This document shows positions 1-11,061 of a stretch of DNA of 34,485 nt, one piece after another. The DNA is from Parasteatoda tepidariorum (lineage: Eukaryota), in NCBI RefSeq assembly GCF_043381705.1, contig NC_092205.1:57580995-57615479 (forward strand). The letters run 5' to 3'. A program made the position numbers and the translations under genes. A model generated the notes under the pieces. It was not told the DNA's origin. It did not search any database and saw only the letters and a list, made by a program, of their open reading frames with translations. Position 1 is the first letter of the stretch. Every line of letters begins with the position of its first letter.

Positions 1-580
1 CTTAATATATTTTTATATGTTTGCCTTAAAAGTTCATTGTTTAAACTTTCAGTATGTAAAATGTAAGTTTTATATTGCACTTCAGTGTTTTCATCATGGA
101 AAAAAAATGGGTGAGAATTTCTCACCCTTTCTCAAAAACAGGGTGAGATTTCAAAAAGTTAAGTGAGATTTCTAAAAACTAAAAAAACACAAAAACTCTT
201 GAAAAAAAAAATCATTTCTTTACTTTTAATACATTTTTAGCGTCTTCTATTTTTTAAAGCATTGAATATTTTTGGTGCATCATCATAGAAGATTTTGCCT
301 TTACAAGGCATTTGTCCATCTTACATTACATTACATTAGCACATAAAAAATTTGAACGTCTTACATGAAGAAACCTTACCTACGGTAAACACGTGGTTGC
401 AGAGAAATGTGTTTTGAAAGGGGTTCCGTGGTTGTGTTCTGTTGTTCGAAAAGGTTCTGAACAATACTGGTAATTAGGGAAGCTAGATAACGGGGCAGAT
501 GAGAAAAATAATGAAAGATACAGGAAGAAAAGTGAAACGGATTTTATTCTAAAGGGCGTAATTCGAAGTTTTTTCTAAAA

Positions 581-694
581 TGCGAGAAATTCGCGAATTT
601 TGAAATTGATTTATAGAATGCGCGAATTTCTCGCGGTAATCATTTTTTAATGCGAGAAAAGAAAAAAATATGCGAGATTCTCGCGTTCTCGCGC
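581..694. repeat. Cluster of short palindromic motifs of the GCGAGA(A)ATTC(T)CGCG type. 582..595 and 622..635 are reverse complements of each other, and GCGAGATTCTCGC at 672..684 is a perfect palindrome.
   Basis: Direct reading from the sequence. A related palindrome GGGTGAGAATTTCTCACCC lies at 109..127, with GTGAGATTTC repeats at 141..173. Confidence 0.7.
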
Positions 695-811
695 TGTAGA
701 AATCTGACAATTGTATGCCCATCATGCCGAATGCAGTTTTCTGATTGTTAACTTTGTCTAACTATCTTTGTTGAGCTAAGAAAAATTCATACCCTTGCTG
801 ACATTAGGGTG

Positions 812-964
812 GAATTCAGCTACATTTTCGCAATTTCGATGGGTCACTTAAGCCAGTCAGAAGACTGTACTTCTGTAAACATATCACATTTTGCTATATG
901 TAAAAATACAAGATTTGATGGGCCGAATTTGTCCATCGTAATTTGCGAAAATGTAGCTGAATTC
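812..964. mobile_element. 153-bp MITE-like foldback element with perfect 22-bp terminal inverted repeats GAATTCAGCTACATTTTCGCAA / TTGCGAAAATGTAGCTGAATTC and imperfect subterminal continuation (CAATTTCGATGG / CCATCGTAATTTG).
   Basis: 812..833 is the exact reverse complement of 943..964. Confidence 0.65.
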
Positions 965-3900
965 TGCCCTAGAAAGCCATGGATTTACGAAATATAAATT
1001 TTTTTTGTGTTCGTACGATAGTTAACATAAAACTGACAGATTTTACACTGTACTGATATTTCGTTTAAGAAATGTTCATTAAAGAAGAAAACCTAAAAAA
1101 AACTTTTTATTCAATTTGGGACCCCCTCTGATGAGGGGCCCGGGACAACTGTCCCGTATGCCTCTGCCTTTGTCAGGCTCTACCTACGCAGACTGATCCA
1201 AGTGGTCACCCACCAGCACACTGACCGCAGCCAGTGATGCCTGACTTCGGTGATCTGCTGGGAACCGTGTCTTAACGATCAGTCCATGCTCGTACCTCGA
1301 AGCGTGAACAGTATTTTATTTGAAATATTTGAAGTTTCCATTATTTACAGATGCCAAAATTTTACATTTGCGGAACACTACTTCTCTACCAAGCTCTCTA
1401 GCGTGGAGCTAGCAGATTCGAATCCTCCCGTATTATTTTTTGCATCTTTGTAATGTGATTCTTTAGTTTGTGCTACCTGTTTTTCATTTTGATATTGGAT
1501 TATAAGCCGTCTTTTTAATAAGAACACAATTTTAAGAATGCATACGTAACAATAAATAAAAGGAACAACGCTACAATGAATTTTTGCGCACACGCTAATG
1601 CGTTGGAAAGTTGTCACGCAAAGCTCAAAAATATTTAACCAATCAGCTTTCTGATTACGTCAGTCAATATCACGTATCGAAAGGAGGCGTGTCGTATTTG
1701 AAGATATCAAAATATTGCGTGTCTCGTGTTGCTGTTGGGGTTGCAACCGGCATATGAACGAATGCAATTTAATTCATTTTCATTAAGGTATATAATTCAG
1801 TAACTACTATTACTACACACTTAATTCGTAAAGCGTATTAGACTGCATGAGTTACGCTGCTGTTACTAAAGGTACATTATTTTTTTCTAATTTAAACAGC
1901 TTGTTTTGTTGAATGTTTGGCTTTGACATTTTGTGTTAAATAGAATATTTACTTTAAAATGTAGATTAAAGAAGTTCGAATTGAAAATAGAAGTAGTGGT
2001 AGTTCAATTCTATGTTAAGATTGGTACTATTAGGCTCAGAAGAGCACTTGAATAAGAGGAGCTTTTTGAAAATGAACTATTTTCAATTTCACAAAACTAC
2101 TTAACTTCTGATCTCATTATTTACTCACTTGGTTTGCAGTGGGTGTCGACATTGGGGACTATCAATATATATCACTCTCAAATTTTAGAAACCTCTAAAA
2201 AGCCCCCCTTTCAATATTTCAGACAAATAGGAACATTTTAAGCTATTTAGTAAGCAAAAGATTAAAAAACTTATAACTTGTTCAACATTAAGAAAAAAAT
2301 TCTTTTAGTGGAGAAATACTCATACTTTTCAATATTTTCTTTCCAAGCATTTTCGTTCTTATTTTTTACTTTAAGTAACCTCCGTATTTGTAGAGAAGTA
2401 CACTGCTGATTTTTTCCCTTGTTTCTCCCCATGCATAAATTCCTAATCAATGTGGCTGAATTAGGAATTTATGGACACATTTAGGAACACTTTATTCAAG
2501 AAGACTAACAATTCCTAAGGAAAGAGATTGAAGGTCAAGGGAAAGGTGTAACAGGTTTAACACCTTACCCTCGGAAAGAAACAATCTCTGTTTTCCCATG
2601 AAAACGAGGGTGCCACCTTCATTTTCCCTCCAGTGATATAATGACCTTCGATTCCGCTCCTAATCTTCTTTCTTCAGTTTAATATGAGTAAAGTGTATGA
2701 TTGCATGAATAGTTTTAACTTTTGTCCTCTTATTCCTAAATTGAAATAAATTTTCTAATTTTAGTCTTCATGAGTTCAATCAGATAGTAAATAAATGTTT
2801 TAAAATATGATTATTGATTTATTTTTTATTTATGGTATAATAGTACATGTTATGCAGTGATGAGATTCAAATTCTAATACACTTAAATAACTTTTTAACA
2901 TTTTTAAAAGAAATTGAATAACAGGCGAGAAATATTAGGAACTAAAATTAATAACTTTTTATGAATTTTAAGGTTTAAATACATTTCAAATTTAAATTTT
3001 CTAAAATATTTATTTTTTACTTTCAAGTATTCGTTCGAAATGACTGAATCTCATCACTACACGTCAATCGTAATAATCGTCAGTGAAGTCTTGTTTCTAA
3101 AGTAGCAAGATAAATCACTAACTTGAATAGCATTTATTAAAGTTCATTTAAATTTAATAGAATGAAACATTCAGCATAAGTGTCTCATCTTAAAATAAAA
3201 TCTGTTTAATTTATAACAACAAAAATACTAAAATCATATTTAATGTTTCAGCTAATTTTATGTGAAATTCACCAAACATTTTCCTGAAATGAAAAGTAAG
3301 TTTTAAATATAATGCACACCAGATTAAATATAATGCACACCAGTATGCCAGATTTAATTTAGAGAAAATATAATTACTTTTAACTAAATAATTATTTTTT
3401 TCATATAATTTATGAACTTTTTTTATATATAAATATTAATAAACTTTTATTTTGAATAGTTGATCATTTTTACTTCAAAAATATTTTTTGGAAAAATAAT
3501 GTGTTCGGAAACAAATTTTGACTGATTTAATATTTCAAGTTTTGAATTTTTTATTTTTGTTAATTAATTTTTTAAATTGCATTTACTTAACTTTCTCAAA
3601 GCAAGATGTCTGACTTAGAGAAAGTCTGTTTTCGTTACCCATGTATATAATATATGTATCAATGTAATTTATTTGCAAACATTTTATTTTTTTCATATAA
3701 ATGAATATAATATAAAAGAGTTAATTTTTAAAAAAATATAATTACTATTTACTAAATAATTAATCAATTAAACTAACTAAATAATTACTCAATCTAAACT
3801 TATTAAATAATTAATCTGAGTGATGGAGTTTGCAGAAAAAAAGGTTTTTTCCCATGTATATAAAATTGTTCATGCAGGACTTTTGTTTCTTAAAATCAGA

Positions 3901-5058
3901 TTCTTTGAAGAATGTGCCAAATATTTATGTTTCAAAATCATCGATAATAACAGAAAAGTAGAAATAATATTTACCAAATAATTACATCTCGTATCAACTA
4001 TTTAACGAATAATAACTAAATCACTAATTTTTATAAGTTCCATAGTTTGCTCATTAGCGTTCATCGCCTAGAAAACTGCTTGTGCAATTCTTTTAATACT
4101 GCTTTGTTCGCTTATTTCATTTTTCCAGTCTAGAGTGACCAATGAAACTGAAGAAGAAAAAAAATCAAGATATTATAGTTATTGTAGTTGATTGAAATTT
4201 GTCATTCATTGCATGCTAGTTTGAAGCTTGTAAATTAAAAATCTTTGAATTTGGCAGCTAATGTTCATTAATGTATGTTAATTATGTTTTAGTATTTTTA
4301 TAATTTATTATACGAACGATAAGGGAAAAAATTTTTTGTTAGAATATGGGAAAAAAATAGTTAAAAATTCAAGAATTTATTTCAACATGAATGATTGATA
4401 AGAAAAAAATAAGTGTTAAACATACATTTCTTGCAGTAATGAGAGAGCACCATAGAATTTTCCTTAGATGATTTTTATAGCTATAATGTAAATTTTAAAT
4501 AAAGATAATTGATTTTTTTAAAATAAATAATTTTGAAAATGATATTTCTTAACTTTTATTTAAAGCATGCCATTGTGAATAAGGAATTTTTTTCATTGCT
4601 TAATGAATTGTTTATTTTGTAAGCAAATTCCAAAATATCTTATTAAAATGCACTACATGTTTTTTATTTTGTGTTAAGATTTATTTTGGTATTTAATATA
4701 TCTTGCTGATTAAGGAAAGTAATTATTAACATTTGTTGTATGATTTTGACTAAAATCTACTTTTCATTAATTTTCTTTTATTAAAATTTTAATTGCATAA
4801 TAAAAAAATTTCAGTTAAAACTCAGATTTACTTTTAAGAGTTAAAAAAAAATAATTCATCATTTTGCAGATGGAATAAATATTTTTTTTTTTAAAATTTA
4901 TATTGGCTGGATGTAGTATGCTCCGGGGATTATTATATCTTTCTAAAAAATATTTACAGTAATTTTTATTACTGTTTATGTTCTCATTATACCAGCAAGA
5001 CAATCTTTATCTAGCCTTGAATGACATGCTTTTTCATTGATTTTCAATACATAACAAA

Positions 5059-5064
5059 TTTATT
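5059..5064 (-). promoter_or_regulatory. Candidate AATAAA polyadenylation signal for the PIH1-domain gene. It reads TTTATT on the plus strand, about 70 nt downstream of the stop codon.
   Basis: It is the first AATAAA hexamer on the minus strand after the stop codon at 5135..5137. No transcript evidence is available. Confidence 0.3.
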
Positions 5065-5134
5065 AAATATTCATCTTGAACATTTATGTAAAAAAAAAGT
5101 AGATATAATCTAGAATAAGCATAAAATATGTCTT

Positions 5135-7378
5135 TTAAGGTGAAGAAGCAGGTGTTGGAGTATTTACAGCTGTAGAGGCAGGCTGTGGGTATGGGGATTG
5201 TTGAAAATTAGTTTGAAGATTATCACTTTCTGTAGTAGGTTGAGAATGTGGAGTTTCAGGATTAGTTATTTGTTGTTCTACAGGTGTTGGAGGAAGATTC
5301 TGAGAATCTTCTCTTTGTGGTGTAGTGATATGGAGAATTGCAGCTTGAAGGTTGGCTACTTGAAAATTGGCTGCTTCAAGAAGAGCCTTTTGAAGATCAG
5401 AAATTTCATTTAGAGCTGCTTGAAGATCAGCTATTTGCATAGAGTTGTTTTGAACTGAATCTTTTTCTTGGTTTGTATTTTGAAGAGGAGGTTTCTGGGG
5501 TTCAGTTTCAATATCTTGTTTTTGCAATGCACATTGTGAGGGGTCAGCCTGCTGTATTGAGTTAGCTTTGAGGTTTTCAACTTGGGAAAGAGTAGCTTGC
5601 AGCCGAGCCAACAGGGAAGGAGCTTCTTGTAAATGAACTTGTCGAGAAAGTACAGTTTGAAGCTGTGCCAAATGAGATGATGCCATCTGAAGTTGATTCA
5701 TTTGAGCTGGGGATGCTTGGTGGTGAGCTATTTGTGGAGGAATATTTTGACGATGCTCCATTCGAGGAGGAGTCGATTGGTGATGGTTCATTTGGGTGGA
5801 ATCCATTTGAGGATACCCCATGTGATGGTGACTGGCTTGCTGTCGATTGACTGGAGGGGCATTGCCTTGATGTCGTTCCATCATCTGCACATTTGGTGGA
5901 TAACGATTCATGTAATGAGGATTAACACGATTATGGGGCATCTGTGAGGGCAATGGTTGAAGATGATTGGGTCGAGAAGTCATTTGAGGGTGATTCATTT
6001 GTGATGGCATATGTTGTGAATTCTGAGAAGGAGGCATCTGGTAATGAACTGCATGATGACGAGGCATCTGAGCTATATTTTCTTGGTGTTGGCTCATATG
6101 TGATGTATTAGACTGAAAATGACTTCTCTGTGACGTTGGTGGGAAATGAGGAGCCATTGCATGTCCTTGATTCATGTGGGGAGCATTTGTTTGATGATTA
6201 TCTATATTAGGATAGTTAGGTTTATAATGAGGTGGATATTGTTGACGAGGTGACATTTGAGGTGGAGGGGCTGTTTGATGGTGAGAAATTTGTGCTGCAA
6301 CAATCTGCGAATTAGTAGTTTCAGTAGCATTTTGCTCATGATGAGGTCTTAATTGTTGCATAGGTGTCTGACTTCGTGGAGCTTCATGAGGTGAAATAAT
6401 TCTTGGTGGATCTGGTCTTCTACGATATTGTCCAAGTGTAAAAATTGATGAAGGATTGGCACGAGGTAAATATATTGTTATTTTACCTTCATGATAATGT
6501 ATCCTACAATCCATAACTGATATTGCATTAGGAAGATAAAAATAAAATTGGTGATTTGTTTTATTTTCTCTAATAAATAGCTTCTTTCGAGAAGCAAATA
6601 CTTTAACATCTCTAGGATCTAAAAAGGAAAAATATGGCAGAACTACTTGCAACATGAAACCTTTAAATTCTCCTTCAGCAGGAAATTGTCGGATCTCGTA
6701 TTCAATTGAAGGATTTTTAATGTCAAATTCTGGCTTGCGTTCTGTATGAAATTTCCTTATTGTTGTATTTATGGTGAAAGGATCAGAGAAGTATGGCTCT
6801 TTATTATTTCCTTCTTCTGATTTGGACAGAACACCTAATCGTTTGTATACATTTCTCAAAGATTCTGGCATAGTCCCATGATAAAACTTCTTTAACAATT
6901 CAAATTCTTTTTCTAATTTAATGTTATACCTATCATAAATAGCTTTACATGCTGTTTGATATAGGTAATTAAGTCTTTGATCACGGTGACTGTGAGAAAG
7001 TATAGAGTCCATAAATTCTGTTTGAATTATTGTATCATAGCATATGCAAATTTTACCATTTTCATCTCTATCTACACGTTCATCATCTAAATATAAATTA
7101 AATCTTAGAATCGATTCATCTCCACGACTAGTATGAATTTTTGAATTATAAACATTGCAATTTGGTAATTCGAGAGAGTGACAAATATTAATGTAAGCTG
7201 TTTTGTTTTGTTGCGTTTTTCCTTGGAAGCAAAATCCTGGAACAGTAACTAGTGATGGACATTGACTGTGTATTATATTTTTATTTTCTGGGCAAGTAAA
7301 GTCATAGGATTGATCGATTAAGCTATAATCGTAAAGCACTTCATAAAATTTTCCATCTGAACTTCTATTTTCTGCCAT
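5135..7378 (-). CDS. PIH1-domain protein (Kintoun/PIH1D family). It has an N-terminal PIH1 domain and a CS-like beta-sandwich, followed by a ~400-aa Q/H/P/M-rich low-complexity tail that ends in a short coiled-coil-like segment. It appears to be a single coding exon.
   Basis: The ORF track gives a 747-aa uninterrupted ORF. The hallmark N-terminal PIH1 motif is present as VTVPGFCFQGKTQQNKTAYINICHS, where human PIH1D1 has QPQPGFCIKTNSSEGKVFINICHS. A further block, ICICYDTIIQTEFMDS...RYNIKLEKEF, matches PIH1D1's CTAYDVAVNSDFY...KYNLQLNPEW. A CS-like region follows (EYEIRQFPAEGEFKGFMLQVVLP...KITIYLPR). The family is identified by recall, not by a search. Confidence 0.8.
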   Translation of the reverse strand: MAENRSSDGKFYEVLYDYSLIDQSYDFTCPENKNIIHSQCPSLVTVPGFCFQGKTQQNKTAYINICHSLELPNCNVYNSKIHTSRGDESILRFNLYLDDERVDRDENGKICICYDTIIQTEFMDSILSHSHRDQRLNYLYQTACKAIYDRYNIKLEKEFELLKKFYHGTMPESLRNVYKRLGVLSKSEEGNNKEPYFSDPFTINTTIRKFHTERKPEFDIKNPSIEYEIRQFPAEGEFKGFMLQVVLPYFSFLDPRDVKVFASRKKLFIRENKTNHQFYFYLPNAISVMDCRIHYHEGKITIYLPRANPSSIFTLGQYRRRPDPPRIISPHEAPRSQTPMQQLRPHHEQNATETTNSQIVAAQISHHQTAPPPQMSPRQQYPPHYKPNYPNIDNHQTNAPHMNQGHAMAPHFPPTSQRSHFQSNTSHMSQHQENIAQMPRHHAVHYQMPPSQNSQHMPSQMNHPQMTSRPNHLQPLPSQMPHNRVNPHYMNRYPPNVQMMERHQGNAPPVNRQQASHHHMGYPQMDSTQMNHHQSTPPRMEHRQNIPPQIAHHQASPAQMNQLQMASSHLAQLQTVLSRQVHLQEAPSLLARLQATLSQVENLKANSIQQADPSQCALQKQDIETEPQKPPLQNTNQEKDSVQNNSMQIADLQAALNEISDLQKALLEAANFQVANLQAAILHITTPQREDSQNLPPTPVEQQITNPETPHSQPTTESDNLQTNFQQSPYPQPASTAVNTPTPASSP

Positions 7379-9920
7379 ACTGGCAAAAAAATTCCTCCTG
7401 ACTTAACAAGATTTCTAGGCATACATATTTTTCTTTATAATTTTTAATGTAAGCTTGTTACCTTTTTAAAAATTATCATTCAACATTCAAACAGCTTAGA
7501 AAATAATTATATGTAACTTTTCTTAGCATAAAATACAAATAATGATCAATCAGTATTAGCTCTCTGATTACTTAGCAATAATTTTAAAAAAATGATTAAT
7601 TATAGTGTTATTAGTTTCTAGTTATATTTATTAGAAAAATAAAGCATCCGTAAATAGAGAATATTATGTGATCTCCTTATTTGCTAAATAATGAATAATA
7701 GAACCAAAACTAAACAATAGCAGACGTATGAGATACATCTCAAAAGGAAAATAAGTATCTGGCAATATAAATGAAGTGATGGTATGAGGCTTTTTACTAG
7801 CACGCAGTCATTTATAAAGTTTTTCGTTATAAAAATATTTATTTTTACATTTAATCGTGAAAGTGCATTACATTTTTGAAAAACTATGTCGCAAAAATTA
7901 TTAATTTAAATAGAATCGGGAAGGCTATCGCAGGAAAAAAATAAATTATAACTCTCTAATATTTTTATAACTCGTAACCGTTTCGTTTTTTGTTTCCAAC
8001 AAAAACAAAAGTAAACAAACCGGGTAGAATGTAATAGAGATGTTAGGTCTAGTAACAGATCAGTTAATATCGGCATTACCAACAAAAATATGAATTCCAT
8101 TTTTTTTTTTTAATTAAAGGGGGAAATTTTGCACAGGTTGTCAAAAAGACTGGAAAAAATACGAATTTTTTCTTGACCTTACGGGATTCTAAAACAACAC
8201 ATCAAAATTGTAACTAATTGTATAACACTGAAACTAACTCAAAATTTCAAGGGAATAAAAAACAGGTCATTTTTATCTTCAGTCATTAGAGTAAGTGGAC
8301 ATTCAATTTGGCATAAGATAACTCCAATCCTAATGACAATATTTTAAAATCAGAATGTTCTTTAATCTCTAGAAATGTGTAAAGTTTCAAAATATTTAAT
8401 TAGTAGAGTTATGACAGTGAGAAGCATACTCTGAGAAAATTTTCGGAAACAAAATTTAAGGGATATTATCATAACCACGGCAAGTTGGCGAAGAGTCGGC
8501 GGCAATTATAAAGATAACTTCATGAAACAAAGGAAAATATGATAAATCCTATATCCGGACGTTTGTTTCCGGGAAGGGTACACTTTCCGATCATTTTTAA
8601 TGTGAGAGTAAAGAGTTAAGTCAGACGAAAAATAAAAGTTATAATTGAAAATTTTTATTTTCTCTTTAAATCATTGACAAAAAGTAAACTGAAACATTTG
8701 TGCCAATGTGTTTATTCTCTATTAAGTTAATCCCTTAATAATTTTTAAATTCAGTTGGAGCAAAATGTGAAATCTTCTCTGTTTAATGAACAGGTGCAAA
8801 TCATGTTTTGTTTTGAAATTTTGTCTTCAGGTATTATCTTATATCTTGCTTGTTCCTTTGGACAGTTAAGTTTTCTTTGCTAATTAGTTCCTGTGGAGTT
8901 GGGTGTAATTGTAACTGTGATGTAATTGTTTTCCTTTCTCGTATTCTTAATTATTCCCTTGAATTAATTTTTAATGGAGGAAAATAATTTATATTTTTCC
9001 TTATAAATTTGAAAAAGAATTAAAATAAAAAATAGTTGTAATGTTTTCTTTTTTCCAAATTTATTTTTGTTTAAATACATTTTTTAATGATTATTCCTAT
9101 TTAAATTAAAATTTTTTAATTTTTATTAATTAATATTGTTATTTATTTATTTTTGCTGTTGGGGGAAATTTTATGTATTTTTTTGGCCTAAAATTGTTTT
9201 TATTTGGGGTCCATTATTTAAATTTTTTTTTCCTGAATACAAAATGAATGATTATATTTTAATTTGATGTTATTTTAATTAATTTTACTGTAATTATTGA
9301 ATAAAAAATAATTATGTATTTTGCATATTTGGTAGTGTTTGATCTTAGTTTTGGCTTTATTAGGGACCATATATAGCCTAGACAAATTATTTTTTTTTCG
9401 AATACAAGAAAAATAATCATACTTTTCTTTAATCTTCATTAATAATATTTTTTACAGTTATTTAATCAAAAATATTTACAATTATTGTGAATTTGGTTGA
9501 ATTCGTTCTTTGTTTTGACATACCTTTTTTGATTGGGGATCTATTACCTAGAAAATATTTATGAATGCAAGTTAAATTAAATTTATTATACTTTTTGAAA
9601 GAGAAACTTTTTTTTTAATTGGCTGATTTTGTAATTCTTTGATGTGACTTTATTTTGTTTAGTGACTTGTAAAGTATTTCCTGCATATAGATATATACTA
9701 ACAATCATACTTTTATATGACCTCTCTGAAGTTAATATAACAAAAACATTTTAGTCTTTCAATTTAATTTTACTTTTTGCTTTATCAAGTCTAGTCAATT
9801 TACTGTCTTAATGTTGCTCTTAGAAATTAAGGTTGTAACTTTTCACTTTAATTTAAAAGTAATGTTTTTAAAACAGTTGTTATAATTCTATTTCTGATGT
9901 TATCTATTTCCATAGGAATA

Positions 9921-10078
9921 ATGCCGAGTGATAAAAGTGGTGTCCCTGCAAGTCAGGGCAATGATAAGAGCATTTATCGCATACCTCCGTACATGTATAT
10001 GCATGTATTGGATCAGACTGCAAATGTCACTAGAGTTGAAGCAGGTCCAAAGACATATGTGCGGCAAGAGAACGAACG
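9921..10078 (+). CDS. MVP: Major vault protein, coding exon 1 ([53 protein letters not shown]). The exon ends in phase 2 with a CG|gtaaag donor.
   Basis: Aligns to the human MVP N-terminus ([37 protein letters not shown]). The ATG at 9921 has an A at -3 and sits just after a possible acceptor, tttccatag at 9915. An in-frame upstream ATG at 9897 would add MLSISIGI and is considered less likely. Confidence 0.85.
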
Positions 10079-11061
10079 GTAAAGAAAATTATTTCTTCTG
10101 TTTCAACATTATTATTGGTATTTTAAATCTTTTTGCTGTTTAGATTTAGTTGCTTTTAAAGACATTAAAAGCACTAAGTGCTCTTTTTCTTAAATCTTAA
10201 ATAAAATATCAGCTCTTTCTCCTTCATCTATTCGTACAAAAGTTTTTAAATAGATTTGGATAATTGCTTAACATTAGTTATAAAATCATAGCATATGAAG
10301 TAATCAAAACATCTTTATACTGAGTCATTAAAAGGAAACTGGCAGTGTTCAGAAATTCATACGTGTGAATCTTTTGAAAGTATCTAATAAAACCTTAAGT
10401 GCATGTTGCATCGATCACTATAGAAAAAGTTTAAAGCTTCATTGATGATCTGGTGCCGTGCTGTTAAAATTACATGCATATGTTCAGTACACAAAGAAAC
10501 CCACCCGATATAGCTTTTGATCTAGTGAGTGGATCTTCATATACTTTCAAATACACCTTTTTACAACAAAAAAAAAGTCTATTTGATTTAATAATAATCA
10601 TTTTAAAGAATGTAAATTGTGTGGTAATTGTGTGTGAATGTAAATTTGTGGCAAAATCCAAAATTTGAACGACATCGATTGAGTAGCTCCTGAGAAATAT
10701 AATTTTAAATATACAATTTTTTTAAATTAGGTTTCGCAGGAACCAACTGATTTTGTTCAAATTTTTAATTTTGTCATATGAAATTACATTTTTTTATTAA
10801 TATTAAATGAAATAGTAATAAAAAATAAAACAATTGGGTACAAATGTTTGTATGATTCTCAGATTTTTTTTATAGATCTTGGATATTTTTACATTTCTGA
10901 TTTCAAATCAGCAATCAGTTTCTCCGACAAAGCTGCAGTTTGTTTAAACGATATTTTTAATCTATTTTTTGTCGAAATGTACCAGTTAAAAAACATAATA
11001 TGTAGTGACGGCCGCATAAATGTCGCAACAAACTCTTAGGGGAGTTAAAACACAATATCAC

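Noticed and set aside
809-997. 62-aa plus-strand ORF
   Set aside because: It spans the 22-bp-TIR foldback element and is a spurious ORF within a palindromic repeat.
1128-1135. CTGATGAG heptamer resembling the hammerhead-ribozyme catalytic core
   Set aside because: No downstream GAAA box, and the flanking helices are not arranged as hammerhead stems I, II and III. It is more simply explained as the loop and 3' arm of the CCCCTC/GAGGGG hairpin.
1380-1430. tRNA-like T-arm motif AGATTCGAATCC (1417..1425 is TTCGAATCC)
   Set aside because: No acceptor or D-arm cloverleaf can be built on the same strand. The A-box-like TTGGTAGAG is on the opposite strand. This is not a tRNA gene and is at most SINE or tRNA debris.
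5198-5947. Three plus-strand ORFs of 61 to 84 aa antisense to the PIH1 gene
   Set aside because: They lie inside and antisense to a 747-aa ORF with clear domain homology. They are compositional artefacts of the Q/H/P-rich repeats.
9897-9920. Upstream in-frame ATG that would add MLSISIGI to MVP
   Set aside because: It has a poor Kozak context with C at -3. The hydrophobic octapeptide is not MVP-like. It lies upstream of a likely acceptor at 9915. The ATG at 9921 is preferred, but this remains unproven.
10470-10668. Two mutually overlapping ORFs on opposite strands (63 and 64 aa)
   Set aside because: AT-rich intronic sequence with no homology. Overlapping antisense ORFs of this size are expected by chance here.
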